Of a DNA stretch of 64,000 nt, positions 36,821 through 44,813 are shown in pieces. This stretch comes from an uncultured Mycoplasmatota bacterium (GTDB lineage: Bacteria; Bacillota_I; Bacilli_A; RF39; UBA660). Both the position numbers and the translations under genes were made by a program. The stretch spans positions 589-64,588 of the forward strand of contig CAMVED010000003.1 of assembly GCA_947166445.1 (NCBI GenBank), read 5' to 3'. The stretch's first letter is position 1, and each line of letters opens with the position of its first letter. A model generated the notes under the pieces. That model saw nothing but the letters and a program-made list of their open reading frames with translations. It was not told the DNA's origin and did not search any database.

Positions 36821-37648
36821 TTAGTAATAATTTTCTATGAATTTAGAACGCCAATCTGTTTCAATTCTTGCAGGTGTTTCATGTAAATAAGATTTAAAAG
36901 AATTACCAAATAATGTTATAGGTCTTAAGTATTCTTCATAATCATCATTACCTATCCACTCATATACTTTATTATCTATAACCTTATAAAAATCTTCTAA
37001 CTTATATCCATCATTTAATCTTTGTTTGATCAAACTAACTGTTTTTTTAGAATCAGGTTTGAAGTTTTTATAAGCTTTTTTATTTAAGTAATTAATTACA
37101 CTACTACATATATCCTGCAAAGCAGGATTTTCTACAACTTCTAGTTGTTCAAAAGAACAATTATAATTTTCTTCTTTTATATTTCTTTCTTCTAATATCT
37201 GATTTCTAATATCTAAGTTCTGATTTCTAGTTTCTTCTTCTGGTGGACAATCAGGTGGACATTTGTCCACTTTTCTTTTTCTTTGTTTTTGTTTCTTTTC
37301 AGCACTAACAGTTTGATTAGTATAGTTAAGAGCTTTCTCGATATATAACATACCATCTTTTGAATCTATAAGGCCTACTTCATGTAATCGATCAATTCTT
37401 CTTACTAAATCTCCCACATCAGTATTAGTCTTTTTGGCTAAAACTTCTATTGTATATGGTTTTAATTCTCCTGATATTAACCTACATAAATATCCACATT
37501 TGTTCATAGCTATTGTTATTAATTTTAAGTATAAAATAATTGTACTATCCCCATCATAATCATTTGATAACTCCTCAATTTCATCAGTATCAAAAAAAGA
37601 ATCAGGGAACTTAAAAAAGTACATCTCTGTTTTATTATACTTGGCCAT
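36821..37648 (-). CDS. Phage replisome organizer / conserved phage C-terminal domain protein (DnaD-like)
   Basis: The N-terminus YFFKFPDSFFDTDEIEEL is typical of the phage replisome-organizer N-terminal region. The C-terminus VINYLNKKAYKNFKPDSKKTVSLIKQRLNDGY is typical of the conserved phage C-terminal domain. Confidence 0.7.
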   Translation of the reverse strand: MAKYNKTEMYFFKFPDSFFDTDEIEELSNDYDGDSTIILYLKLITIAMNKCGYLCRLISGELKPYTIEVLAKKTNTDVGDLVRRIDRLHEVGLIDSKDGMLYIEKALNYTNQTVSAEKKQKQRKRKVDKCPPDCPPEEETRNQNLDIRNQILEERNIKEENYNCSFEQLEVVENPALQDICSSVINYLNKKAYKNFKPDSKKTVSLIKQRLNDGYKLEDFYKVIDNKVYEWIGNDDYEEYLRPITLFGNSFKSYLHETPARIETDWRSKFIENYY

Positions 37649-37907
37649 TTTTTTCTAATATTCTTTGTCTTTCTGCAATAGCATACGGTTCTATATCTTT
37701 CCAATTAACAGAATTTTTTATTTCGTTTCTTGGTGTTATACCTAAAAATATATAGTTACATACTGCATAATAGAATTTATTTATCTCATAATTACTAGCA
37801 TTTTCTATTTCATAATACACTTTCATAAATTCTGGAATCGTTGTAACACTTTCTTGTTTTTTATATTCTTGGCGAATATAATTATAATACTGCTTTTGAT
37901 CTTTCAT
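37635..37907 (-). CDS. Hypothetical protein of the island A early operon
   Basis: 90-aa ORF with a GAGGTAAAG RBS. 14-nt overlap with the replisome-organizer gene. Confidence 0.5.
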   Translation of the reverse strand: MKDQKQYYNYIRQEYKKQESVTTIPEFMKVYYEIENASNYEINKFYYAVCNYIFLGITPRNEIKNSVNWKDIEPYAIAERQRILEKNGQV

Positions 37908-37919
37908 TTTCTTTACCTC

Positions 37920-37956
37920 TTTCTTTATAATTATTTGTTCTTTAGTTTGTCAGACT
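37920..37956. repeat. Left arm of a 37/38-bp inverted repeat bracketing the cro/cI module
   Basis: The reverse complement AGTCTGACAAACTAAAGAACAAATAATTATAAAGAAA matches 39048-39085 with one mismatch and one indel. Confidence 0.8.
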
Positions 37957-38180
37957 ATTTTTTGATTACCTATGACTAATTCTTTGCAATCCGCTGAATA
38001 TACAACATCACCATATTTAACATTGTATAAACTTAATATTTCACTTAATCTTTTAAAGTCAGGATGCGTTTTATTATTCTCATAGCTTCTTAATGTTTCA
38101 GTACTTATATTTAACTTACTACATGCTTGTTTAAGAGTTAATCCTGCATTTATTCTAAGTGCTCTTAAAGATATTTTCAT
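37950..38180 (-). CDS. XRE-family HTH regulator (Cro-like)
   Basis: LRINAGLTLKQACSKLNISTETLRSYENNK HTH. Divergent from the cI-like gene. Confidence 0.8.
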   Translation of the reverse strand: MKISLRALRINAGLTLKQACSKLNISTETLRSYENNKTHPDFKRLSEILSLYNVKYGDVVYSADCKELVIGNQKIV

Positions 38181-38326
38181 ATGTCTACCTCCTTTCTATT
38201 TTCAATTCAATTATATCGCACACTTTTGTATTTGTAAATACTTTTTATGAGATATTTAACATTTGTTTTGTTTTATACTTGACAAATATTACATTTTACT
38301 TTATTATCTTAGTAGGAGGTAAAAAT

Positions 38327-38998
38327 ATGATTAAGCGTGAAGAAAGACAAATCATATCTGATAATCTTAAAGTTCTACTTAGTCAAAGTAAAAAGAAAAG
38401 GACTGAGGTTGCTAAAGATCTAAATGTTAAGTATTCAACATTTTGTGATTGGGTTCGTGCTAGAACTGCTCCTGATGCTAATCAAGTAAAAAAACTAGCA
38501 GATTATTTCAAAGTGAGTGTTGGAGAAATAACTAATCGTAATGAGGATCACAATAATATATCTGATTCTGAGATACTAGATAGTAAAGTTAGAGTAACGA
38601 TATTCAAAACAGTTGAATGTGCAGATGGTAGCACTGCTTATGATACTGACTACGAGTACATTGACAAATATCTTCCTGGAGTTCAAGAAAGCATAGGATT
38701 TAGATTAAATGATGATTCTATGGAACCCGAATATCATAAAGGAGATATTATCATCGCTAGAAAAGTAAAATATTTAAATAGTTGTGGTGACTATATCTTA
38801 GATACTAATTCATCAAGTGAGTGGTTTCCTGATCTTAGATTAGTAAGAGTTATTCCTAAAGGTCAAGAAGTAATTATTACTCCACTTAACATTGATAATG
38901 AAAAAGGATTAATGCCTGAACGATTGAATGAAATGGAATATATGAAAAAATATCATAGCATTTATTCTGTTATTCGTTTAATAAGGAATTATAAATAA
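38327..38998 (+). CDS. CI/LexA-like repressor (XRE HTH + S24 peptidase domain)
   Basis: N-terminal HTH (KKKRTEVAKDLNVKYSTFCDW). C-terminal LNDDSMEPEY...GDIIIARK (S24 Ser/Lys dyad pattern). ATG follows a GGAGGT RBS. The track ORF start at 38159 was rejected. Confidence 0.8.
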   Translation: MIKREERQIISDNLKVLLSQSKKKRTEVAKDLNVKYSTFCDWVRARTAPDANQVKKLADYFKVSVGEITNRNEDHNNISDSEILDSKVRVTIFKTVECADGSTAYDTDYEYIDKYLPGVQESIGFRLNDDSMEPEYHKGDIIIARKVKYLNSCGDYILDTNSSSEWFPDLRLVRVIPKGQEVIITPLNIDNEKGLMPERLNEMEYMKKYHSIYSVIRLIRNYK

Positions 38999-39047
38999 AA
39001 AAATCTCGTACTGCGAATACGAGATAGGAACTACCAAAATATGTTTC

Positions 39048-39085
39048 AGTCTGACAAACTAAAAAACAAATACATTATAAAGAAA
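39048..39085. repeat. Right arm of the inverted repeat, upstream of integrase 1
   Basis: AGTCTGACAAACTAAAAAACAAATACATTATAAAGAAA. See 37920-37956. Confidence 0.8.
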
Positions 39086-39182
39086 TAATGTTACATCGGC
39101 TTTCCATATATAAATTATAACACAAATGTAAAATTTTACAAGTTTTTAGGCATATTTTGGTATTTTTCAGAAAGGAAAAGTT

Positions 39183-40298
39183 ATGCCTGTATATAAAGAT
39201 AAAGTCACCACTAAAGATGGAAGATGCTGGTACTTTAGATCCAGATATCAAAAATTAGATGGCACTCGTACTCAATATCACTCTAAAAGATACATGACCA
39301 GAAAAGAAGCACAAGAAGCTGAAGCAGAGTTTCTAATTAAATCTAAAGAAGCCGCTAATGTCAGTACTCTTAATTTTAAACAGCTTATTAACTTATTTAT
39401 TGAAAATAGATCTACAATTGTGAAAGGTACAACCATGTACAATTACAAAAATAAAAAAGTTTATTTGGAACCATTATATAATGTAAAATTAAAAAACTTT
39501 AATATTGATATTTACGAACGCTGGAGAAAATATATAATTACTTGTAATCTTTCTACTCGTTATAAAAATGATATATATAAGTTTTTAAAATCATTACTTA
39601 ATTATGCTTCTGATTGGTATGGATTTAGTTTTGCACATGTATATAGAAAAATGCGTAATTTTAACGATCCTAATGAAATACCCAAGGAAATGCAATTTTT
39701 TACTTATGATGAATTTCAAAAGTTTTTATCTGTAGAAGAAGATATCAAATTTAGATGTGCTTGGCAACTACTCTACTACTGTGGATTAAGAATTGGTGAA
39801 TTAAAAGGTATTACATGGAAGGATATTGATTTTGAAAATAGAAAAGTTACTATTAACAAACAAATCACTCAACAATCATGTCGTACTAGATGGCAATTTG
39901 CACCACCTAAAACTGCTAAAAGTAATCGAGTGTTACCACTTACTAAAGTTCTTGTTAATGACCTTAAAAAACTAAAAGAAAGCGATTCAGATATACTATT
40001 TGGATTCAATGATTCATATTTTGTCATTGGTGATGTGGCTCCACAAATAAGTAGTACTATTACCTCTAGAAAAAATCGTAATTGTGAACTTGCTGGTGTT
40101 AAGCAAATCAGGATCCACGATTTCAGGCATTCGTGTGCTTCACTACTTATTTATAAAGGTGCTACTATAAATACTGTATCAAAGTTCTTAGGTCATTCTA
40201 AAATTGAAGAAACTTTGAATACTTATACTCACTTATATAAAAATGCTTTGACTGATATAACAGCTTTAATTGATGAAATGAATGAAGGCCAGGATTAA
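39183..40298 (+). CDS. int: Tyrosine recombinase (phage integrase family), island A
   Basis: LRIGEL...(R), HDFRHSCASLL and LGHSKIEETLNTYTHLY (R-H-R-Y catalytic pattern). Confidence 0.9.
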   Translation: MPVYKDKVTTKDGRCWYFRSRYQKLDGTRTQYHSKRYMTRKEAQEAEAEFLIKSKEAANVSTLNFKQLINLFIENRSTIVKGTTMYNYKNKKVYLEPLYNVKLKNFNIDIYERWRKYIITCNLSTRYKNDIYKFLKSLLNYASDWYGFSFAHVYRKMRNFNDPNEIPKEMQFFTYDEFQKFLSVEEDIKFRCAWQLLYYCGLRIGELKGITWKDIDFENRKVTINKQITQQSCRTRWQFAPPKTAKSNRVLPLTKVLVNDLKKLKESDSDILFGFNDSYFVIGDVAPQISSTITSRKNRNCELAGVKQIRIHDFRHSCASLLIYKGATINTVSKFLGHSKIEETLNTYTHLYKNALTDITALIDEMNEGQD

Positions 40299-40309
40299 CT
40301 CCCGGCCTT

Positions 40310-41137
40310 TTAGCTATTTATATTTTCTACAAATGTTGAATTTGTTTTAATTACACTTATACCATGAAAATTTTGTAGCCACATCTTATAATGCATTTTT
40401 GTACTAATTTCATTAAAATTTTCTATTGTCAATTCAAACATTAAGCATAAATCTGCATCATTGTTGATCATACTATCAAAACATTTGTCTGGTTCACAAT
40501 ATACTTTTATTTGAATGAAAAACTCATCTTCACTAATCCAATTTAAATAAGCTTTATTACTTATATTTATATCTAAACCTAAAGGAATTGGATCATTTGA
40601 ATTATCTTCCCATTTTAATCCAACTTCTGATGGATCTTGAACACATAAAATATTATCAATTGTGATTTTTTTAATATTGCTACATTTCCCAGAACACTTA
40701 AAATATAAATTCATCAAATATTGATTAAATCTTTTTGCGTTTTTGTCAAATGGTTCAGTAACAATTATTGATCCATAATCGACTTTATGATGTGTAGACA
40801 TAGTAATTTTTGTATCTCTGTTTTCCTTAAAATCAATATCAAATTTATTTTGTAATTGTGGTATTGATATAGATTCTAATAAAGAGTTTTTTAAAACTCT
40901 TTCACTTAAATCATTTGCTTTCTTTGTTTGCCATACGCTTATAGTTCCTAGTATTATAGTTCCTACAAATGATAGAACAGATCCATAAAAGTTAAGTGCA
41001 TCTCCAGCACTCCATTCACTCTGCAACAAAGATATATTGAAATTAGTTTTAAAGGCTATATTAATTAAAAAAGGAACAAAAAAAATAATAAAACAAAAAA
41101 CAAAAAATATTAAACAAATATTTATTATCTTTTTCAT
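40310..41137 (-). CDS. Membrane protein of unknown function (island A, between int and the junction)
   Basis: Two N-terminal TM helices and a roughly 190-aa soluble C-terminus. No motif recognised. Confidence 0.55.
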   Translation of the reverse strand: MKKIINICLIFFVFCFIIFFVPFLINIAFKTNFNISLLQSEWSAGDALNFYGSVLSFVGTIILGTISVWQTKKANDLSERVLKNSLLESISIPQLQNKFDIDFKENRDTKITMSTHHKVDYGSIIVTEPFDKNAKRFNQYLMNLYFKCSGKCSNIKKITIDNILCVQDPSEVGLKWEDNSNDPIPLGLDINISNKAYLNWISEDEFFIQIKVYCEPDKCFDSMINNDADLCLMFELTIENFNEISTKMHYKMWLQNFHGISVIKTNSTFVENINS

Positions 41138-41240
41138 TATGCTGCCTCCTGAATAGTTATTATATCACAACTATTTACATATTTAAAATAACTATAATAT
41201 TCTTTTTATTTAGAAGAAAATCCGGTAAATGCTAAATATA

Positions 41241-41262
41241 ATTGGGCCTAAATTGGGCCTAA
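41241..41262 (+). repeat. Tandem 11-mer ATTGGGCCTAA x2 (candidate arm-type integrase site)
   Basis: Exact tandem duplication about 75 bp left of junction core 2. Confidence 0.45.
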
Positions 41263-41311
41263 AATTTTAATATTCAAAACTTGCAAACCCTTACAAACAT
41301 TGACTAAAAGC

Positions 41312-41336
41312 AAAAAGTGAGCCGATTTCTCGGCTC
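41312..41336 (-). terminator. Hairpin + CACTTTTTG terminator abutting junction core 2
   Basis: The minus strand reads GAGCCGA-GAAA-TCGGCTC then ACTTTTT. It has the same architecture as 52713-52738 but a different stem sequence. Confidence 0.6.
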
Positions 41337-41345
41337 TTCAGGGGG
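41335..41345 (+). repeat. Island junction core TCTTCAGGGGG, copy 2 (A/B boundary)
   Basis: Exact 11-mer. Confidence 0.6.
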
Positions 41346-41448
41346 AAAAATTATAACCTAATTTTTTGTCATATTTTTCATTATTATTGATTTATCACTT
41401 GCTATATTTCTCGTAAACAGCCCTATTTTACCTATCTTGCTCTATATA

Positions 41449-41470
41449 GTTGTTCCCCATTTGTTCCCAA
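41449..41470 (+). repeat. Tandem 11-mers GTTGTTCCCCA / TTTGTTCCCAA (candidate arm-type sites, left arm of island B)
   Basis: Matches the pair at 50861-50882. TTGTTCCCAAGAA is shared exactly. Confidence 0.45.
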
Positions 41471-41503
41471 GAAAAAGGATGAGCTATAAAACCAATCCAG
41501 TAA

Positions 41504-42091
41504 TTATTTCCATATATAATTAAACATTTTTATCATTTGTTCTTTATCTTCATTAAATCTTTTCTCATCAATATTTTTTAATATATTTTCTATTTCTTTT
41601 ATAAATGGTTCAATACTTTTATCAACTGATTTTTCATTAAACCATTTAACCAATGTCTTTATCATTTTTTCTGCTTTATAGTTTTCACCCATATTAATCT
41701 GTGGATTCATTATCATATACATTGAATCGTTCTTCTTGAAAAATCCATGATATTCAGATAAAGAATCTTTAATCTTTGAAGAAAGTTCTGTAAGTTTATT
41801 AAAGAATACAAGGGTATTGATATGATGTAGAAACTCTTTATTTCTAGCAGTATAATATGTAGTATATAATTCAAAATATAGACTATACACAGAATTTATA
41901 ATACGTCTTTTAGCCATAAAGTATTGACATATAGCTGTAACTAAACCAACTATAACACCACACTCTAAATTAGTAATAATATTAATGCTTAATTCTTGAT
42001 TTATTCCAAACAACTGCAATAAATATAACATTGGTATTAATACTACCATCATTATCATTGAAATAATTATAATAATTCTTGATTCTTTCAT
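41504..42091 (-). CDS. Membrane protein of unknown function (island B)
   Basis: Two N-terminal TM helices and a helical cytoplasmic C-terminus. No motif recognised. Confidence 0.55.
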   Translation of the reverse strand: MKESRIIIIISMIMMVVLIPMLYLLQLFGINQELSINIITNLECGVIVGLVTAICQYFMAKRRIINSVYSLYFELYTTYYTARNKEFLHHINTLVFFNKLTELSSKIKDSLSEYHGFFKKNDSMYMIMNPQINMGENYKAEKMIKTLVKWFNEKSVDKSIEPFIKEIENILKNIDEKRFNEDKEQMIKMFNYIWK

Positions 42092-42155
42092 GTAATCACC
42101 TCATTTATTAATTTTATATTATACCACAAAAAAAGCCTAAATTTCTTAGACTCTT

Positions 42156-44813
42156 TTATTCACACACAAATTGTTCACACAAATGTTTAAATGTTGAATT
42201 TTCAGTTATTTTGCTTGCAGGAATTAGAACATAGTTCCATTTTTTCATTCCATTATTGCCTTCCCAGCTTGATACAAGTTTACAATATGATATAGCTCTT
42301 TCCTTTTTAGCTAAAACATCAGCATCATCAAGATCTTTATCTGCTTTTACTTCAACAATAAAAACATTTGATTTGGTTTCAACAACGAAATCAGGTTCAT
42401 ATTTTTTGCCATTATTATATGTAATGTTAAATTCATTAGGGCTAGGTCTTAACCATGTTTTTATAAAATTATTTTCTCTTTCCAATAATCTTGCTAATAC
42501 TAATTCTGGAACACTATCAAATTTTGCTGAAGAAAAAACTCCAATTTTTATTCCGTCAAATAATATTGATGTTATTTTTCCATCTCGTTCAGAATCATAT
42601 TTTTCAAAAATATTTTTTATAATAGAATATGTATAATTAGATTGAATGTTAGTTTTCCTATCAGAGAATACTTCTTCCTTTATTATTCCCTCATTTCTAA
42701 CAAAGTGTTTTAACATTTGCGAATATATTTCATTTACTAACTCAATTTTATACATCATAACTACATTTTTCATGGCTTCAATTCCATATTTATCTGAAAG
42801 ATAAGTTGTTAAAGAATTAATTAATTTAAATAGCAACTCACTATTTTCTTCATAATTAATTTCAGCTTTTTTTCTAAGTTCATCAACAAGTGTTTTATTT
42901 GGATTCACTGCATCAAAATTAATGTACCCACCATCTAATATTTGTTGATCAGACGCATCAATTAGATTTCTAATAAGTATCTCATTATCAGTTGGTTTTT
43001 GATTAAACACACTCAAATTTAAATCAAAATCCTCAAAAAAGTATTCTCCTTCTTCTCTTTCGGTCTTAATTTTAGGTATCATAATAAATTTTTCTAACAT
43101 TTCATCGTGAGCTTTAGATAAATTTTCCTTTATCCAATGTTCAATTGGTTCTTTATTTGATTCATAAATTTTACCTAAATCAACATCTTTCTTAATTTCT
43201 TCTTCTATATTTTGTTTTATTATTTCTTTTTTTTCAGAAGTTAATCCATCGTCGCCATTATTATTGAAAACAAAGTTTTCGACATTTTTAATTAGCAAAT
43301 CATTCATTTTTGAAGAAAAACCATATTTTTCAGATTCTTCTTTTACAACTAATATATCTGTTAGGCTATCATCTGTTGGATAATTAATGGATAACTGTGT
43401 GAATACCTCTTTTTGATTTTCAATTTCTTCTACCTTAATTACATTTCCAGCATTAAAAATTGAATTACCTTTTTGTGCTTCTTCTATTATTTCATTAAAT
43501 TTATCATGTGCTGTTAACATTACAGCATCAATTTCCTTATTTCCTGTTCTTTCCCCATAAGGAAGTCTTAATCCTCTTCCAACCATTTGCTCTCTTAGTA
43601 TTTTAGATGTCGCCGTTCTCAATGGAACTATTGTATATAAATTATTGACATCCCAGCCTTCTTTTAGCATGTTAACATGAATTACTATTTCAACAGGATT
43701 ATCCGGATGTTCAACTTCTAATAATTGTTTAGTATTATATTCTGATTCTGCACCTTTTTGCTTTGAATTAATTGTAATTGTTTTATATTTATAAAAACCA
43801 TTTTCAAATTCATCAGATTTAATATAATTTTCAATTTTTTTAGCATGTTCTGTGTCTTTACAAACTACTAACATAAATGGCTTTACTAATTTTTGCTGCG
43901 TTGATTTGGAATAATATCTCAGCTTTTCTTTTATCATCTTATGGCATGTTATTCCATCATTTAGCATAAGTTTGTCTAATTCTTCATCACCGAATTTATA
44001 ATAACTAAAGTCTGTTCTGGTTACTGCAAAAGGAACACGTGTATAACCATCTTTAATGGCAGCAGATAGTGGATACTCAAAGACAACATTTTTAAATGAT
44101 ATTTGTTTATTACCAATATTAACTAAAGGCGTAGCTGTTAATTCTATCCCCAAAATTGGTTTCAAATTATTAATAGCTTCCATCCCTTTTTCAGCTCTAT
44201 AATGATGTGATTCATCCATTATAATTACTAAATCGTCCATGGCGGATAGTTTTTCATAAAATGACATCCCTAAATTTTCATTAAAAGCTTTCATTTTTGT
44301 GTTTTCTTTATCAAATTTACTAATATTATATACATAAATAGACACATCAGAATCATATATAGAAATATTTCTATTTAGATAATCATCATCTGCTATAACT
44401 TTAGGTAATTGATGAAAACAATTTAAACCTTTAAACACATATTTTGGACTTTCCTGATATCCTAAATCTGATCTTAATTTATCGTAAATCGTTGTACTTG
44501 GTGCAACAACTAAAAAGTTCTTTATTCCATAATTTGAATATAAATATGCAATAAAAGCACCCATCAATCTTGTTTTCCCTACACCAGTAGCTAAAGCAAA
44601 TGTAATAGATGTAAATTTTCTTTCAAAATCAGTAAATATAGGGTATTCACTGTTTATATCTTTTATTATTTTTTCATTGCTATCTTGATTTAAAATATCA
44701 TATTTTTTAGTTATATTGTCTAATATTTCTAAAGATTTTTTTTGTGGAATCCTAAGAGACATTGCTCCTGAAATATAATCTGTATCAAATCTAGAATCTA
44801 ATTTCTTAATCAT
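42156..44813 (-). CDS. res: Type III restriction enzyme, Res subunit (SF2 helicase + PD-(D/E)xK nuclease)
   Basis: ATGVGKTR motif I and MDESHH motif II. C-terminal EPDFVVE...IVEVK nuclease motif. ATGA overlap with mod. Confidence 0.85.
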   Translation of the reverse strand: MIKKLDSRFDTDYISGAMSLRIPQKKSLEILDNITKKYDILNQDSNEKIIKDINSEYPIFTDFERKFTSITFALATGVGKTRLMGAFIAYLYSNYGIKNFLVVAPSTTIYDKLRSDLGYQESPKYVFKGLNCFHQLPKVIADDDYLNRNISIYDSDVSIYVYNISKFDKENTKMKAFNENLGMSFYEKLSAMDDLVIIMDESHHYRAEKGMEAINNLKPILGIELTATPLVNIGNKQISFKNVVFEYPLSAAIKDGYTRVPFAVTRTDFSYYKFGDEELDKLMLNDGITCHKMIKEKLRYYSKSTQQKLVKPFMLVVCKDTEHAKKIENYIKSDEFENGFYKYKTITINSKQKGAESEYNTKQLLEVEHPDNPVEIVIHVNMLKEGWDVNNLYTIVPLRTATSKILREQMVGRGLRLPYGERTGNKEIDAVMLTAHDKFNEIIEEAQKGNSIFNAGNVIKVEEIENQKEVFTQLSINYPTDDSLTDILVVKEESEKYGFSSKMNDLLIKNVENFVFNNNGDDGLTSEKKEIIKQNIEEEIKKDVDLGKIYESNKEPIEHWIKENLSKAHDEMLEKFIMIPKIKTEREEGEYFFEDFDLNLSVFNQKPTDNEILIRNLIDASDQQILDGGYINFDAVNPNKTLVDELRKKAEINYEENSELLFKLINSLTTYLSDKYGIEAMKNVVMMYKIELVNEIYSQMLKHFVRNEGIIKEEVFSDRKTNIQSNYTYSIIKNIFEKYDSERDGKITSILFDGIKIGVFSSAKFDSVPELVLARLLERENNFIKTWLRPSPNEFNITYNNGKKYEPDFVVETKSNVFIVEVKADKDLDDADVLAKKERAISYCKLVSSWEGNNGMKKWNYVLIPASKITENSTFKHLCEQFVCE

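Larger units (their letters stand above)
30190..41345. mobile_element. Integrative island A (PICI/satellite-like): HTH gene, two unknown genes, DpnII-type RM cassette, replication module, cro/cI switch, tyrosine integrase, membrane protein
   Basis: Bounded by direct 11-mer repeats. It has int and a cI-like gene on one strand and cro-like and replisome-organizer genes on the other. No capsid, tail or lysis genes. Confidence 0.6.

Noticed and set aside
38159-38326. N-terminal 56-codon extension of the CI-like repressor in the ORF track
   Set aside because: The extension is hydrophobic, lies over the cro/cI divergent promoter region and overlaps the cro-like gene. A GGAGGT RBS precedes the internal ATG at 38327.
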